A DNA stretch of 64,000 nt from Selaginella moellendorffii (Eukaryota; Plantae; Lycopodiophyta). Position numbers and translations under genes: made by a program. Under the pieces are notes generated by a model, which saw only the letters and a program-made list of their open reading frames with translations, made no database searches and was not told the DNA's origin. Shown piece by piece: positions 11,579 to 23,500 of the stretch; position 1 is the first letter of the stretch; every line of letters starts with the position of its first letter. The DNA lies in NCBI RefSeq assembly GCF_000143415.4, contig NW_003314359.1:467477-531476 (forward strand). The letters are read 5' to 3'.

Positions 11579-11740
11579 GGAGAGGGCCGCGCGTACGCGA
11601 GCCCTCAACTTCCACAAATTACGACGTCCACTCCTCCACTTTGGGAAGATGGTAGGCTGGCCAAGCCATAGTGCAATGGGAAAGCCAAACCTAGGCCATT
11701 AGCCTTTACGATCGCCAATAGACCCCGTCCAGGTAAGTAT
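11579..11740 (-). ncRNA. U1: U1 spliceosomal snRNA (variant copy)
   Basis: 5' ATACTTACCTGGACGGGGTC, U1A-site ATTGCAC, Sm site AATTTGTGG, terminal GC hairpin; 162 nt. Confidence 0.97.
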
Positions 11741-11760
11741 GGAACACTTCCCAGGTCCTA

Positions 11761-11810
11761 GCTTATATAACGTTTTAGTGGCCTCACTCTACGCCCCGGC
11801 ATGTGGGATA
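11761..11810 (-). promoter_or_regulatory. Plant snRNA promoter (USE plus TATA) of the U1 copy
   Basis: ATCCCACATGC at about -70 and TATATAA at about -30 on the minus strand. Confidence 0.85.
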
Positions 11811-12057
11811 GGTTTAATTCCAGGATCCTTTGGTCAAAAAACCTAGCAACAGTCAACAATGTTGGAGACAAAAAAACTTTCGAAGGTTTTTGAGAAACAA
11901 GGCTTTCGATCGTTTCCTTTTCGCCTGGAGAGCTTCAGTCCACATTTTGAGGAAGTCGCCATATGCTACGCCATTCTTCGATCAAAGAGGCACTGGCTCT
12001 TCTTAGCAATCGTTTCCATGCCCTAGATATTCCCAGTTCTTAGGGTTTATCGAGGCG

Positions 12058-13277
12058 ATGGGATCGCCCGCCTTGTTCCTGCTGCTCGTCATCGCGGCGA
12101 TCGGAGCTTGCGATGGCTACTTTTTAGGAGAATACGTGCCGCTGGCGCGCAGGGGACAGTACCACAACGTGAGTAGAGCTACATTCTCTTTCCCTCTTTT
12201 GACGGAAGTTTCTTGCTTGCTAGATGCGAACGCCCTGGCACGATTACTTGGGGCGTCATTGCCCTCGATTTGGGATCGACAGAGAGGTAGAGCATTCTAG
12301 ATTTTCTTTCAGAAAACTTTACTTCCTCCTAGACAGAGTGCTTTCTTTTTTCGTCTAGAAACCACTTCGGTGTAAATTAGTAGATGTGAGATTAACATTT
12401 CTTTGGAGAACACGTAAAATCAGTTTCTTCCTGCTTGAATTCCTCTTTTTATTCCTCGAATCTAACGACCATGAAAACTCTCAGGTTGTTGTCCCAATTC
12501 CAAAGCCTGTTGGCTACAGCGGCGCCGACCCCTACAAAATGTACGCCTCTTCTATATCTCCTTTGTAGCTAAAGTTTGATGCACAGATCTTTGCAATTTG
12601 GGCACGAGAGGATTACCACCCCATGGCTGTTTATCGTGGGCCGACAGTCCAGCAAAATGCCTATGATTGACGTGACTCTGGTGGGATGTTTAAGTTGTGC
12701 ATAAGATGCGTGCTTACTGTTTGTCCGCCAGAGGTACACAGGTGGTGATTTGGAAGGCGTTTCTGCCAAAGTCGTCGAGATGCCTGAGGATTGTAAGTAA
12801 AGCGCGTACCCTTGGATGCCTTTCATGACATGTTTTATTCGTTTGTAGATGCCGCCGAACACGAAGGGACGTTCAAAGAGTTTTGGGATCCTTCGCAGTG
12901 GCCAAAACACGTACTAGTTCGATATAATTGGTACGCTTACGTGTTCACAGAGCTTTTGAGGTGTCGTTTGTGCGTTTCATTGCAGGGAAGAGAAGTCAGA
13001 GATTGACGTTGCAACAGGTTTCTACATATTGTTTGGATCTGGTAAGCAGCGTGGTCCTCCATATCGTCTTATCTGACCGGGAACTGGGCTCTGCAGCTTT
13101 TCTATTAACCTTGGTTATGTCCATTTATATTCTGCAATCGTCCAAGGATAAGCTATCCAGGTAAGCCTCGACTTTGTTATGGCCCCCGCACTAATGAGGT
13201 GATAATTGCACAGGTTTGTCAGAGAAAACGTGATTGACACGGGTATAACAATGGAAGAACTCCAAAAAGCGGAATGA
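12058..13277 (+). CDS. NPU-like (At3g51610, no primexine and plasma membrane undulation) membrane protein
   Basis: Signal peptide; exons give GQYHN.RT.WHD.LGRHCP.FG, PIPKPVGYSGADPYK, FWDPSQWPKHVLVRY and a TM segment ending YILQSSKDKL. Confidence 0.82.
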
Positions 13278-13877
13278 AAAAATTATACAGGCCTCGATTT
13301 CTTTCTAGACTCTTGGGATCACTAATATATGTGTTGGAATGGAATCATCTGCAGTAGAGATTGCCACGCAAATCGAAAGGGAAAGGAGCACGTTGCTCGT
13401 AGCACTGAGAGAAAAGGTGAGCCTCTTCTTCAAATTGAGTTTTTAGACTCGTATATATCGCAGTGTCTGCTTGCTCGCATATGGTTTGCAGCTGTCAGTC
13501 GTGGTCCTCTTAAGCTAGCTGAGAACATTTATTTTTTGAGTCCATTCCTCGTGTGTCGCTGTCGATAGAAGCTCTCATCCTTGTTCCTTTGCTCAGGTTG
13601 CTCAACAAGAATTGGTTTCACTAAATTTTGGAGGGAGTTACTGGTGTAAGTAAATGCTCGGTCCAGTCTGTCGATGGTGATGTTGGCTTCGATTCTTTGG
13701 TTGGTTTTCTAGTTTTTTTTATTTTTTTTTATTTTTTATATTTTCTTGTCGTACTTCGGTTTTTCTTCAGAAGCAACCCGGATAAATTTCTAGTGTGTTA
13801 GGTTTGGTGGATCCTCTTCAAGGAGGAGTGATCTCATCTCCTCTCATCAACTCGCTTGGTTTGTTTTCGCCTTCTTC

Positions 13878-15125
13878 ATGGAAACAGTGACGGAGGCGAA
13901 TCATCGACAGCATTTACTGTTTAAAGTTCCTGTGGTGATTCTCAACACTGACGCCTGCATTTCAGTTCTGGGTTCGGCAGCGAGGCACNNNNNNNNNNNN
14001 NNNNNNNNNNNNNNNNNNNNNNNNNNNNNNNNNNNNNNNNNNNNNNNNNNNNNNNNNNNNNNNNNNNNNNNNNNNNNNNNNNNNNNNNAAGCGAGATTCA
14101 GGATGCTGTGTCTCCGGCTCTGAAGGTAAAGAGCTCACTTTAGTAGTTTTCCTCTCGAGCTAACTCGGAAGTGGTGCTGGACGTTTGTGTACAGATGGGC
14201 TATCGACATTTCGACACTGCAGCTGCTCATGGCACGGAAGAAGCCGTTGGGAAGGGCCTCAAGAAGGGATTTGTGGATGGCCTGGTGAAACGCGAGGAGG
14301 TTTTTGTGACATATAAGTTTCACCTTCTTGATGCCGGTGAAGTTCGCTCTGCTGTCGAAAAGAGCCTCAGGTAGTCCCTTCTCATCAAAGAGCGTCTTTC
14401 GGCCTCCTGAAAGTGTGATTCTGGTGGCTTTGCAGCGCTCTACAGCTTGAGTACCTGGATCTTTGCTTGGTCCAGTCCCCATCGAAGCTTCTGAAATCTT
14501 GCACATACCCTCCCAATCAGCGGGAGAGCGCTTCCCTTCCATCAAGCGTGCAGGAGATATGGGAGGCTCTCGAAGACTGTGTGCAAAGCGGCCTGACAAA
14601 GGCGATGGGTGTTTGCAACTTCTCAGCGAAAAACGTGAAAGAGATATTGGAGAGCGCTAGCGTGGTCCCCGCAGTAAACCAGGTACCGAAACTTTCGCTC
14701 TAGTTTTGGAAGTGGCTAAGCAAAAAAAAACACTCGATGCAGGTTGAGTTGCATCCTATGTGGCAACAGAAACAGCTCCGTGAGTTCTGTCAGAGTGTGG
14801 GCGTTCGTGTGAGCTCATGGCGTCCTTTAGGCGGGCAACCTCCACTCTCAGTTCTTAACAATTCCGTCATCAAAGAAATCGCCGAAACCCATGGAAAGAC
14901 TCCGAATCAGGTGGGCTATACATTACAGTCGAATGCTCAACTTTGTGCTCCAAATTACAGATTGCGCTCCGGTGGTTACTTGAGAATGGTGTAATCTCAG
15001 TAATTCAAAGCTACGATCCAGAGAAACTGCTAGAGTACATAAACTTGTTTGACTTCAAGTTTTCTGTTGAGGATCTTGAGAAACTGGCGAGTCTCGACCA
15101 GGATCTGCCATTTTATGTGGTTTGA
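13878..15125 (+). CDS. Aldo-keto reductase family protein with substituted catalytic residues; first exon spans the assembly gap
   Basis: GYRHFDTAAAHGTE, REEVFVTYK, YLDLCLVQSP, GLTKAMGVCNFS, PAVNQVELHP, HGKTPNQIALRW. Confidence 0.85.
13989..14088. other. Assembly gap (100 N)
   Basis: Run of N. Confidence 1.
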
Positions 15126-15248
15126 TGGTCGAACGCTTTGCGCTTTTCTTTCGTTTTTGTTTTGTTCTTCATTTAGTCAACTGTACAGCACAGTGAGCTT
15201 CTTTCTGATTTGCATTTTGTTTTTCTAGCAGATGATTTACAGCTCTTT

Positions 15249-15855
15249 TCAAGTCGAAGAGAGGTTTGCTTGTAATTGTTGGACAGTGGTTGTTTGTTCG
15301 GTCACCGTTGTTGTAACGTTGTGCACGGTTGAAGGTGGTGGCGCTGGAGGAGGTGGCTCCGATTCAGATGGAGTAGGCGACTGCTGTCCATCAGTCCGAC
15401 TAGTCCACTGAACAAGGCAGGCAAGAATTACTTCTTCTTTTCTTCCTTAGGGAGCTCTTTCCATCATACCATGTCAAGCAGCAACTGGTACTTGAAGTCG
15501 AGCAAGTTGAGCCTCTCTCTCAGCTCGTTCATTTCTTGCGACCTCCTTGCGTACTTCTCTAGCTCTTTTCTCTGCAATCACGTCTCTTACTTACGCCTGT
15601 GTCTTTGTGTCTCAGGCAGGAAAACGAATAATCTCACCAGCCTCCGTCTGTCCTGGCGAAGCTCGGCAATCTCCGCTTGCATGCCTCCGCCGAAGTGGGC
15701 GACTCCAAGTCCTGTGCACGCTCCAAACCATCACCACGAAGAAGCAACGAAGCGGGAGAGACCGAGCGACCTGTTGTCCACAAGCCTTCCAAGCAGGTAA
15801 AGCGCTGGTCGTCGAGTATGAGATCGATAGGCCCGAGTCCGTCCAGCACTGACAT
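15249..15855 (-). CDS. Chibby-family (CBY-like) coiled-coil protein; at least 4 exons, exact start uncertain (possible extra exons to ~16030)
   Basis: Spliced product LGPIDLILDDQRFTCLEGLWTTG..MQAEIAELRQDRRRLRKELEKYARRSQEMNELRERLNLLDFKYQLLLDMWT plus a Pro/Thr tail; three GT-AG introns keep the frame. Confidence 0.7.
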
Positions 15856-17015
15856 GCTTTGCTCGGATCTAATGCATCTCCTTTTTCTGCATTCCAGGCC
15901 TTAGAACGAACAAAGCCGCGACCATCAGTTTCAACTCTCGCTCTCACCGGCAGAATCCAAGCACGAAAAGCCTGTGCAACGCCAGTCCCTCGAGGTACCC
16001 CCAAATAGCGGCCGCCACTCTCACCATTCTTCGTTCTTTTTTTCCTACTGGTTGTTATACTTCAACTGGTTCTAGTGACTCTGGTAGTTGCGAACTTCAC
16101 GGCCAATCTCCACCGTCGACAGCGAATATCCAAAGTAAGACAATTTACGAGGCTTGCGCGGACTCCGGAAGTTTGCTATGAAAACGGAGACGTGGGTAGG
16201 AGGCTGTGTGGACTTGGCTCGCGGTTAAAGGCTGCCTCCTTCGAAAGGGGGCAATTTGATGTTTCGCAGCGTTTTAATCATAGGTATCACCTCCTCCATA
16301 GTTTTGGTTACATTCATTCATTCATTCATGCACCTTATACCATGCTATGAACTTGAATTGAGTCGATTCAATCGAGAAAGAGAGATCATCCGGGAAAAAT
16401 ACCGGACGTGTCTGCTCTATGTGTCTTGAGCAAACATCGCTGTTTACAAGTCTTGCAGCGCATGAGACCGATTAGATTCAATAACATTGCTCATTTCAAA
16501 GCACGCTTGACTTCAGAAAGAAGCTCAAGCTTACTTTAACGTGGAAGTCGTGAAAGGAGAGGCGGACACATATGTGCCTCGCTTGCAACCGGATTGAGGC
16601 ACGGTGTCAGTGCCACCGTTCGTGCCAGTGTCTACAGCGAGAACACAAACAGCAGACACACTCATGTAATATTGCAGATCATGTGCTGGAACTTGCCAAG
16701 AAGCTTCATCCATGCACGAGGATTCTTTTGAGTAGGTGGACCTTGGAAATATGATCCCATTACGAAAGATATCAGATCAATGACTCTTAGAAGCTTGGTT
16801 TTGATCCATATTTTAAGTTGGTTGCCTGAGTGCCGGAAATAATTGCACTCGGGCATTTCGTGGAAGATTCTTGCTGCAGCTAGCTAAAACAAAAACAAAA
16901 ACAAAAACCAAATCCATTTAGATTTTCAAATTCCAGAAAACACACTAGTGCTTTGGAAAGAGACCTCAGCCTGCTGATTAGCTAGAGGCCAGCTTCTTAG
17001 AGGGACTATTCGCCA

Positions 17016-18119
17016 TCAATTGACCCGGGAGCAATTGAGCCGGATCTGTCCATTCGGAGCTTGGAGCGGACTCTCGTTCCCCATGTTGATCATCCCAGTC
17101 ACGAAATCCAGGAAGAAGCGCGTCTGGTTGGACGCATAAGTCCACACCAGCGACTCGGCAGTGGAGTTGCCACCGATGGCGAGCGTCTCGTCTGAGAAGA
17201 GCACCCCGGTGCCATTCAAGAGATCCACGAAATACTTGTTGTCGAACACCACCGGCGTGAGCTGGTCCAGATCCACGAGATTGTTGTCGCTGGAGCTCAC
17301 GTTGGGGCACTGGCTCTGCAGCGAAGTGTTGAAGGTGGGATTCATGGCGTCCCCGGCCTGGAAGGGGCCGTAGAGGCGGCGCTTGAAGCTGGAGCAGTGG
17401 GATTTCCCGACGGTGTGGGCTCCAGAGAGGGCGACCATGTCCTGGAGCGACAGGCCGTGGGCCTGGAAGTTTGCGATGAGCGCCGAGACGTTGAAGGTGG
17501 GAGGTGGGAGGTTTGTGTTCGCTGCCGACTGGCTCGCGTTTAGGCTGTCCCTTCGTCCGAAGAGGACGCTCCAGGATGGGCCTCCGAGCTGCACGTAGCA
17601 TGGAAGATCAATTAGTAAATGATCATGGGATGATCAATATATCGCATTGTTGATATACGTACTGCGGTGACGCATTGTTGGGCGATCAAGACGAGCTCGT
17701 CCGCGCAAGACACCTTCCTGGGGCACTGGGCCTCGATGAGAGCCTTGATGTTGTTGACAACGTCGTATCCTCGCACCGAGTTTATGTTTGGGAACGCGTT
17801 CTGCTCGAGGCTCGCTCCGGCCAAGAGAATCGACGCATCGCAGCCCTGCATATGATCCATTGAATTCCAGAGGTTATATCATTTAAAAGAAGAAAAATGC
17901 GATGTTCGAGCTTACGTTCACGTGACAATCGTGGAAGAAGAGGCGGATTAGCGAAGCACACATTCTGGGCTCGGACGCCACGACTTGCTGCACTGCGGCA
18001 TGCACGATGTTGGTGAGATTCGGGCATGAGGTGGCGTAGAACGAGGAGCTGAGAGCTCCCAGTGCACAATCACCTAGGCTTAAAGCTAGGAATGCAACGA
18101 AGAGAAGTTTACAAGCCAT
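17016..18119 (-). CDS. Class III secretory peroxidase
   Basis: Signal peptide, [58 protein letters not shown]. Confidence 0.97.
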
Positions 18120-18769
18120 GAGAAACTGATATATTTGTGAAGGAGGAGATGGGATGTTAAGTTGCATTGGTTGAGTTTTTATACTACTGACGATGATCTT
18201 TGATAATCGTATCTGCAACGTACTTGATTCTCCCACCTTTTTTCCCGGAAAATTGCGTGAAGTAGCGTGATCTTGTGCATAGCTAAACTCCCCATGACTT
18301 ACATGATCTCTTGAATTTTATATATTGTTTTGGTGAAACAACTTTAGCAACTTGCTTTAGTAGTTTAAACATGTTTATAGATAAATTAATCTATGTGAGC
18401 ATATTCTAAGAACATTCTTCCCAAGAACAGTAAGATCGATCGAAGCGCACAAAGACTGCGAATGGCGCCTTTAGAATCATCTGTTTTGCTGCTCGTCATC
18501 CGCTCCCTCCTCCTCCTCCTCCTCCCCCATCGCGCAGCCATCGCGATGAGTCGTCCTCGAAATCTGGATCGGACTTCCGCCCTCCCGGGGGATAGGAAAT
18601 TTCCTTCTCGATCGATCGACGCTTGATCAGGCTCGTTTGCAGTACTCCGTAAGCGAAGATTTCAAAGTGTGCCTAAGCCCTAACTAACAAATGACTTTTT
18701 CTTTCGCGCTCATTTGCTCACTTTTTCAGCTGACTTTGGAAGGTAGCGAGGAAAAAAGAAAGAACCACC

Positions 18770-19893
18770 ATGGACGAATACGTGATGCATATGACTCGTT
18801 CCAATCTCTTGGACGTTTTGCTGGAAGATCTCCCGATAACAGCCAAGGTAATCAAGTACTCATTCGCAATCGAGAGTCAAAAATCTCTCTCTCGTTTTTT
18901 CTTTCTTCTTGTTTTGTAGAAAACCACTGTAAGCAGGATGATGTACGCTGCGAGGAATGTTTCAAAGGAGAATGACAAGGAGCGTCTCACAGGTATAAAA
19001 TTCAAACGATCTCTGTTCCTTACTCACGTTTTGTTTTTACTTTCGTGTAGAATATCACAAGGAGGTTTTAGAACAAGCTGCTGAACACATTGAGAGAGTC
19101 TCGGGCTTTCTCCTCATTTATCCAACATGCTGCCTACATTTGGTCGAGGTTTGCTCGTTTGTTGGCTTTTTACTGATAGAACGTTGCCCTTTCAGGCGGA
19201 GACTCCAGTCTTGATTGAGATTTTGAAGGTTCTGGATTCAGATACCAGATACATAGACTCGGTTTCAGTGTTTTCATTTACCGAAGACGTCAGTTCTTAT
19301 CGTTTTTACTTGTGTTTTTTGGGACGCTGACAGTGAGATTGCTCTCAGGTTCCCTATAGACTCTTCATGGGCTGGATGAACGGCTTCATCATCTCATCCA
19401 ATCTGGGACCTTACGAAGCTCATCCACGAAACACGCTCGTTAACGCTGTAAGATCCTTGCATTCCTTTCCTATTTTTTGGAGGCGATTTAGTACTTTGTT
19501 TTTCAGATGTCGGAGTTTAACATCAACATGCTCAAATGGGGGAAACAGCTCTCTGAAATGGACAGGGTAAGAAGATTGATATTTTATCTCAGTCCCAGAT
19601 TTTCAAAAGAACTTTGCTGTACCAGGAGCAACAAACGGTGGCTCTCGAGTCCATAAGAACTGCAGCTGAAGAACTTCTTCCCGACGACGCTGGAATCATC
19701 TATGGAAGTGGGTAGTGAAAACCAAAAATCTCTTGTTTGCTTCAAGCGTTTTTTCTGGTGAATAGTTATATTGTGTGAGGACGTGCCGAAGCTCAAAGAA
19801 GTTCTAGAGCTCTTTGACAAACGCCAAGCCACGATAATGTACGACGCGGATCTCGTCTGGCCCAAACCGAAGCTACCGTACAAATTGAACTAA
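18770..19893 (+). CDS. TEX47/MOT7/DYBLUP-like protein with BLUF-like fold (8 exons, about 235 aa)
   Basis: Spliced: VSRMMYAARN..VSGFLLIYPTCCLHLVEAE..LDSDTRY..EDVPYRLFMGW..ELLP..MYDADLVWPKP; all introns GT-AG and frame-preserving. Confidence 0.8.
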
Positions 19894-19948
19894 GTTTGGC
19901 CGAAATCGTACGGCTTGGTCTATTGTACGTAAACCCTAAACCCTCTTT

Positions 19949-20576
19949 GATGATGAAGAGGGGACTTGGATTGAGGCTGCGTGAAGAAGATTGGCCGGAG
20001 CACTTCGCTAATCCATGGTGCTGCTCGCGATTCGTCTCCTACTGCACGGGCAAGCGGATTCCACTGCAGCAGTGCGATGATCTTCGTAATTCCTTGTCAA
20101 TCAAGTGCCATGACGCGTCGCAATTTGGCGGCCGCGAGCAGCAGGGGAGCTCCTGCTGCCTCGAAGCCGCTTGCTTGAGCTGCATCTCGAATTCCAGTGG
20201 GCAGCTCGCGGGCCTGGATGGATTCCTGGGCAAGGCCGGAAAACTCGAGGGCTTGTGGGCGAGGGTGAAGGCTAAATGGTGGGGAATGTCCAAAATCCAG
20301 GACAGGTGCTTGCTGGTTCTGGATAAAGAAAAGCTTGCCAAGGCCTGCGCGAGCAGTGCGGTTGTGGAGAAGATCCGAGGATTCGTGTTTGTTCCAGAGC
20401 CCAGCGTGGCAACCACCAGAGGTCTCCTGGAAAACAATCTCGGGCTCATTGCTCATTCAGGAGGGTCTTGTGTTGCGTTGGTTGGATGGGACGAGGGTGG
20501 CTGGATCATCGAGGGCACACCCTCGAAACTAAGCTACGAGAGTAATCTGTCAATGATCCTGGTGCTTCTCGTGTAG
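19949..20576 (+). CDS. Hypothetical intronless protein
   Basis: ORF of about 208 aa from the MMKRG ATG, preceded by aaaccct motifs; no recognised domain. Confidence 0.35.
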
Positions 20577-23500
20577 TAGAGATTCATCAATGCAAATTTC
20601 TTCCTTGCACAAGTGAGAAGGTGGAGAATCACCGCGGGAAAAACTTGCACTTCCATCGCCAAAGCTTATTAGAGCTTAGGGTCTATTGATTCTATTTCGG
20701 GCTCCATCTTGCCCATAATTGCTATTAAAGAATAGCAACTATTTTGGGAAGAAAATTAATGATATAAACTGTAAGTTCAAATAAATTATAACTAGTAGTT
20801 TGCTATAGCATTGGGGACATGCATGCAAGGCAGACGTGAATGCGCTTTTAGATGCCAGATTGCACACATATCGAGCGGACTATGCAGTTGCTGTGGAAGC
20901 TTTGCACGGCTGGGGCCGGCAATCAGACACTCTTCCAGGAGCCAGCAGCTCTAGGACGGTGCGTCCATGAGGTTTCCAGCATTCTATCATCATGGAGGTT
21001 CGATACAATCTACGGCGGAGTAGGAAGCTGCTTGGGGGGCTCGTCCTCAGAGTGCATGAAGGCCTCTTTAGCTGTGAAGTACCCGTCCTCGTCCTCCTCG
21101 GCCATACAAGAGTACTGTGGCGACTTGCAAGATTCCCACAAGACACTTGCAATTGAGGCAAGATGGTGGACATAGATTGCGAACTACTAGCCAAAGTGGC
21201 AGCCGACGGAGGAGGGTCTCGGAGCTCCTAATGCCCCTGCAACCACCATTCGGCCATGACGCTGAGTAAAAGCCCCTCCACTCTGCGTGCCGTGGAGGAA
21301 ATCCAGAAATCTGCAAGGCGAGAGTATAACGACATTGGGGAGAGAACAATATGCTCACCTCAGCACTGGACGCCTAAAGTCCGTGTTCATCAGGTCCCCG
21401 ATGAAATAAGAACCACACCTTGTCCGGCGTAAGTTCGTGCTCGACCTGTATACTCCTGTGCTAGACTCTCCAAATAGAAACTTTCACGTAATTCTAGTTC
21501 ATATAAGGCTTATACGCCAAAGAGGAAGACCTGTGGAAAAAGAAAGGGAAAGGCCAGAGCTCAAAGAGGTGTCCCAGACGTTTGGCTTTCCTCCTATACA
21601 GCAAGGGCTTTGATTTCACGAAAGTCTTGGCAATAAATCCTTGGCTTGCTCTCGCACCAAAACAGCAAGGTCGGTGAAAATCTTATGCACTTCTCCTACG
21701 TCATTGAGTGCCGTCTTTGCTCGACTAGCATTCGTTCCAGATCAACCGTCTTCAAGAAGCTCGTCAATAATTTTCTGAAGTACGCAAGTCCTGGAACATT
21801 TGTCGACTTTGCTTGCTTCCTTCACCGTCCAGTCACAAATTGCAGCAACATATTGGGAACATGGTGATGAACACCTTGAATGCGTGACTTAAGCTGAGTG
21901 TAAGATCATCTTCTTACAAATACGAAGATGCAAAGCTTGCAAGAGATTGACATTCAAGCAGTCAAAGCTGCCGAATGGAAAGCAGCGGACCCTTCGTCCT
22001 TCGAGGACATAAATAAAGTTTCCGTCTTATTTCATATAGCGCTGAGCTTCACTGGCTGGTGGCAACACAAAAAAAATGGGGCTAAAAGTAATTCTCCTTA
22101 TTTTAGGGCTATACAGAACGGATGCGACTGTGGGGGAGTGCAGGAGCGAGTTGTGTTAATTTTCCATGTAGCTTATCCGAGCGTAAGAGATATTTCTATT
22201 CTGTACATCTCGAACTTCGCCGATCTCGACTCATGGTCACATTCTCTGGAGCTGTCAACGTTCGGTACTGAGCTCGCATTCACAAAGTAAGATGCATTGT
22301 ACTTTTTCAAAACACGGGCTCTGGTAGGAACATCAGATTGCTGGGTATGTTCTTGTCAGATGGATTGCTGCTGTTGCTGTAAATGTTTGCTTTGGTTTTG
22401 GTTATAGGATTGGTGTGCGCGAAACGTGGTGCTTGGAGACTCACATGTGCATGTGTTTGGCGAGGCCTTTGCGTCGGTGATGCTGTGCCGAAGCGGGAAG
22501 GACGAGATGCTGACCCGTCCAAGTTCTCTCTACCGTCTCAAAAATGCTAGTCCCCCGCAAAGTAGCAGTGAACCTTTTTATTACCACAAGGCTCTTTTGT
22601 TGAAATTTGTTATTCTGAAGCTTGTGGACGCAGGAGTGGCTGACTACAGCAGACTCCTATCTTCTCGTTGCATCAGCACACCTAAATTGTCACATGGATG
22701 GCTATTATAGTAGCGTTTTCACCACTCGGATTGACGCACTGGGGAGTATTGTATACTTTTGATCTGCAAACGAGCTTGTAATGTGCGAACTAGTACAGGA
22801 GGAAGCTTGCCGCCAGATTGCCATAGGGACCGATGAATGCAGGACATTCGCACTAGTTCCTGTTGGAGAGCTGCTGTGACAGAAAGTGGCCAATGGAGTA
22901 GAGGACAAAGAGGAAGACCCAATCAATTTAAATCCCGAGCCTGTGGATGAATATGAGTCTGAAGATGAAGATGAGTCTGAAGACGAAGAAGCGATGTTAG
23001 ACCCTGTGGTTTCCGCCCCCTAGGTACGTACAGTACATCAATTATAGCTATATGACCATATTACTGTTTTCATTCAATGTGAACGCTCAAGTACCCGAAC
23101 CCTTTACCTGTTGACCCCGATGGACCTCAAGGTAATAATACTTCAAATTTGGCTTTTGATAAGGAAAAGGACCTCAAGCTTGTTTGTAAAGTCGGCTCTT
23201 GCAAGTTTGTGATTAAAAGAGGGTACACGGAAGGAAGGACGCTATTGTAGTTCCTGTTGGAGGTCAGATACACAGAGGTAAAGTTTTTGTCCTTTCTTTT
23301 CTTTTCAGAAATATGTATTGCTACTAGGTCGAGCTTTACTGGCTTGGATATCATGTAACTGTCTTTCTTTATTTCGTTTTTACCTTTTAACTGACTTGTT
23401 TCTCAGCCCTTCAGGAGGACTGCCAGCAACTAAAATCATTATTACTAGAGGCCCAAAATACTTCAAAGACCAGTTCAAAGTCGGATTAGACATAACAGTG

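Noticed and set aside
16170-16760. Possible small spliced gene on the + strand between the Chibby-like gene and the peroxidase
   Set aside because: Splice-like sites are present, but I could not build a consistent frame or recognise a family
1-18119. Triterpene biosynthetic gene cluster (two OSCs, AKR, peroxidase)
   Set aside because: No P450, UGT or acyltransferase in the window; the genes are interspersed with housekeeping genes and the AKR lacks catalytic residues. The upstream window would need checking
20850-23000. Scattered short ORFs, including a GDSH motif at ~22435 and an acidic tract at ~22950
   Set aside because: Fragmentary with many stops; probably decayed sequence, and no family is supportable
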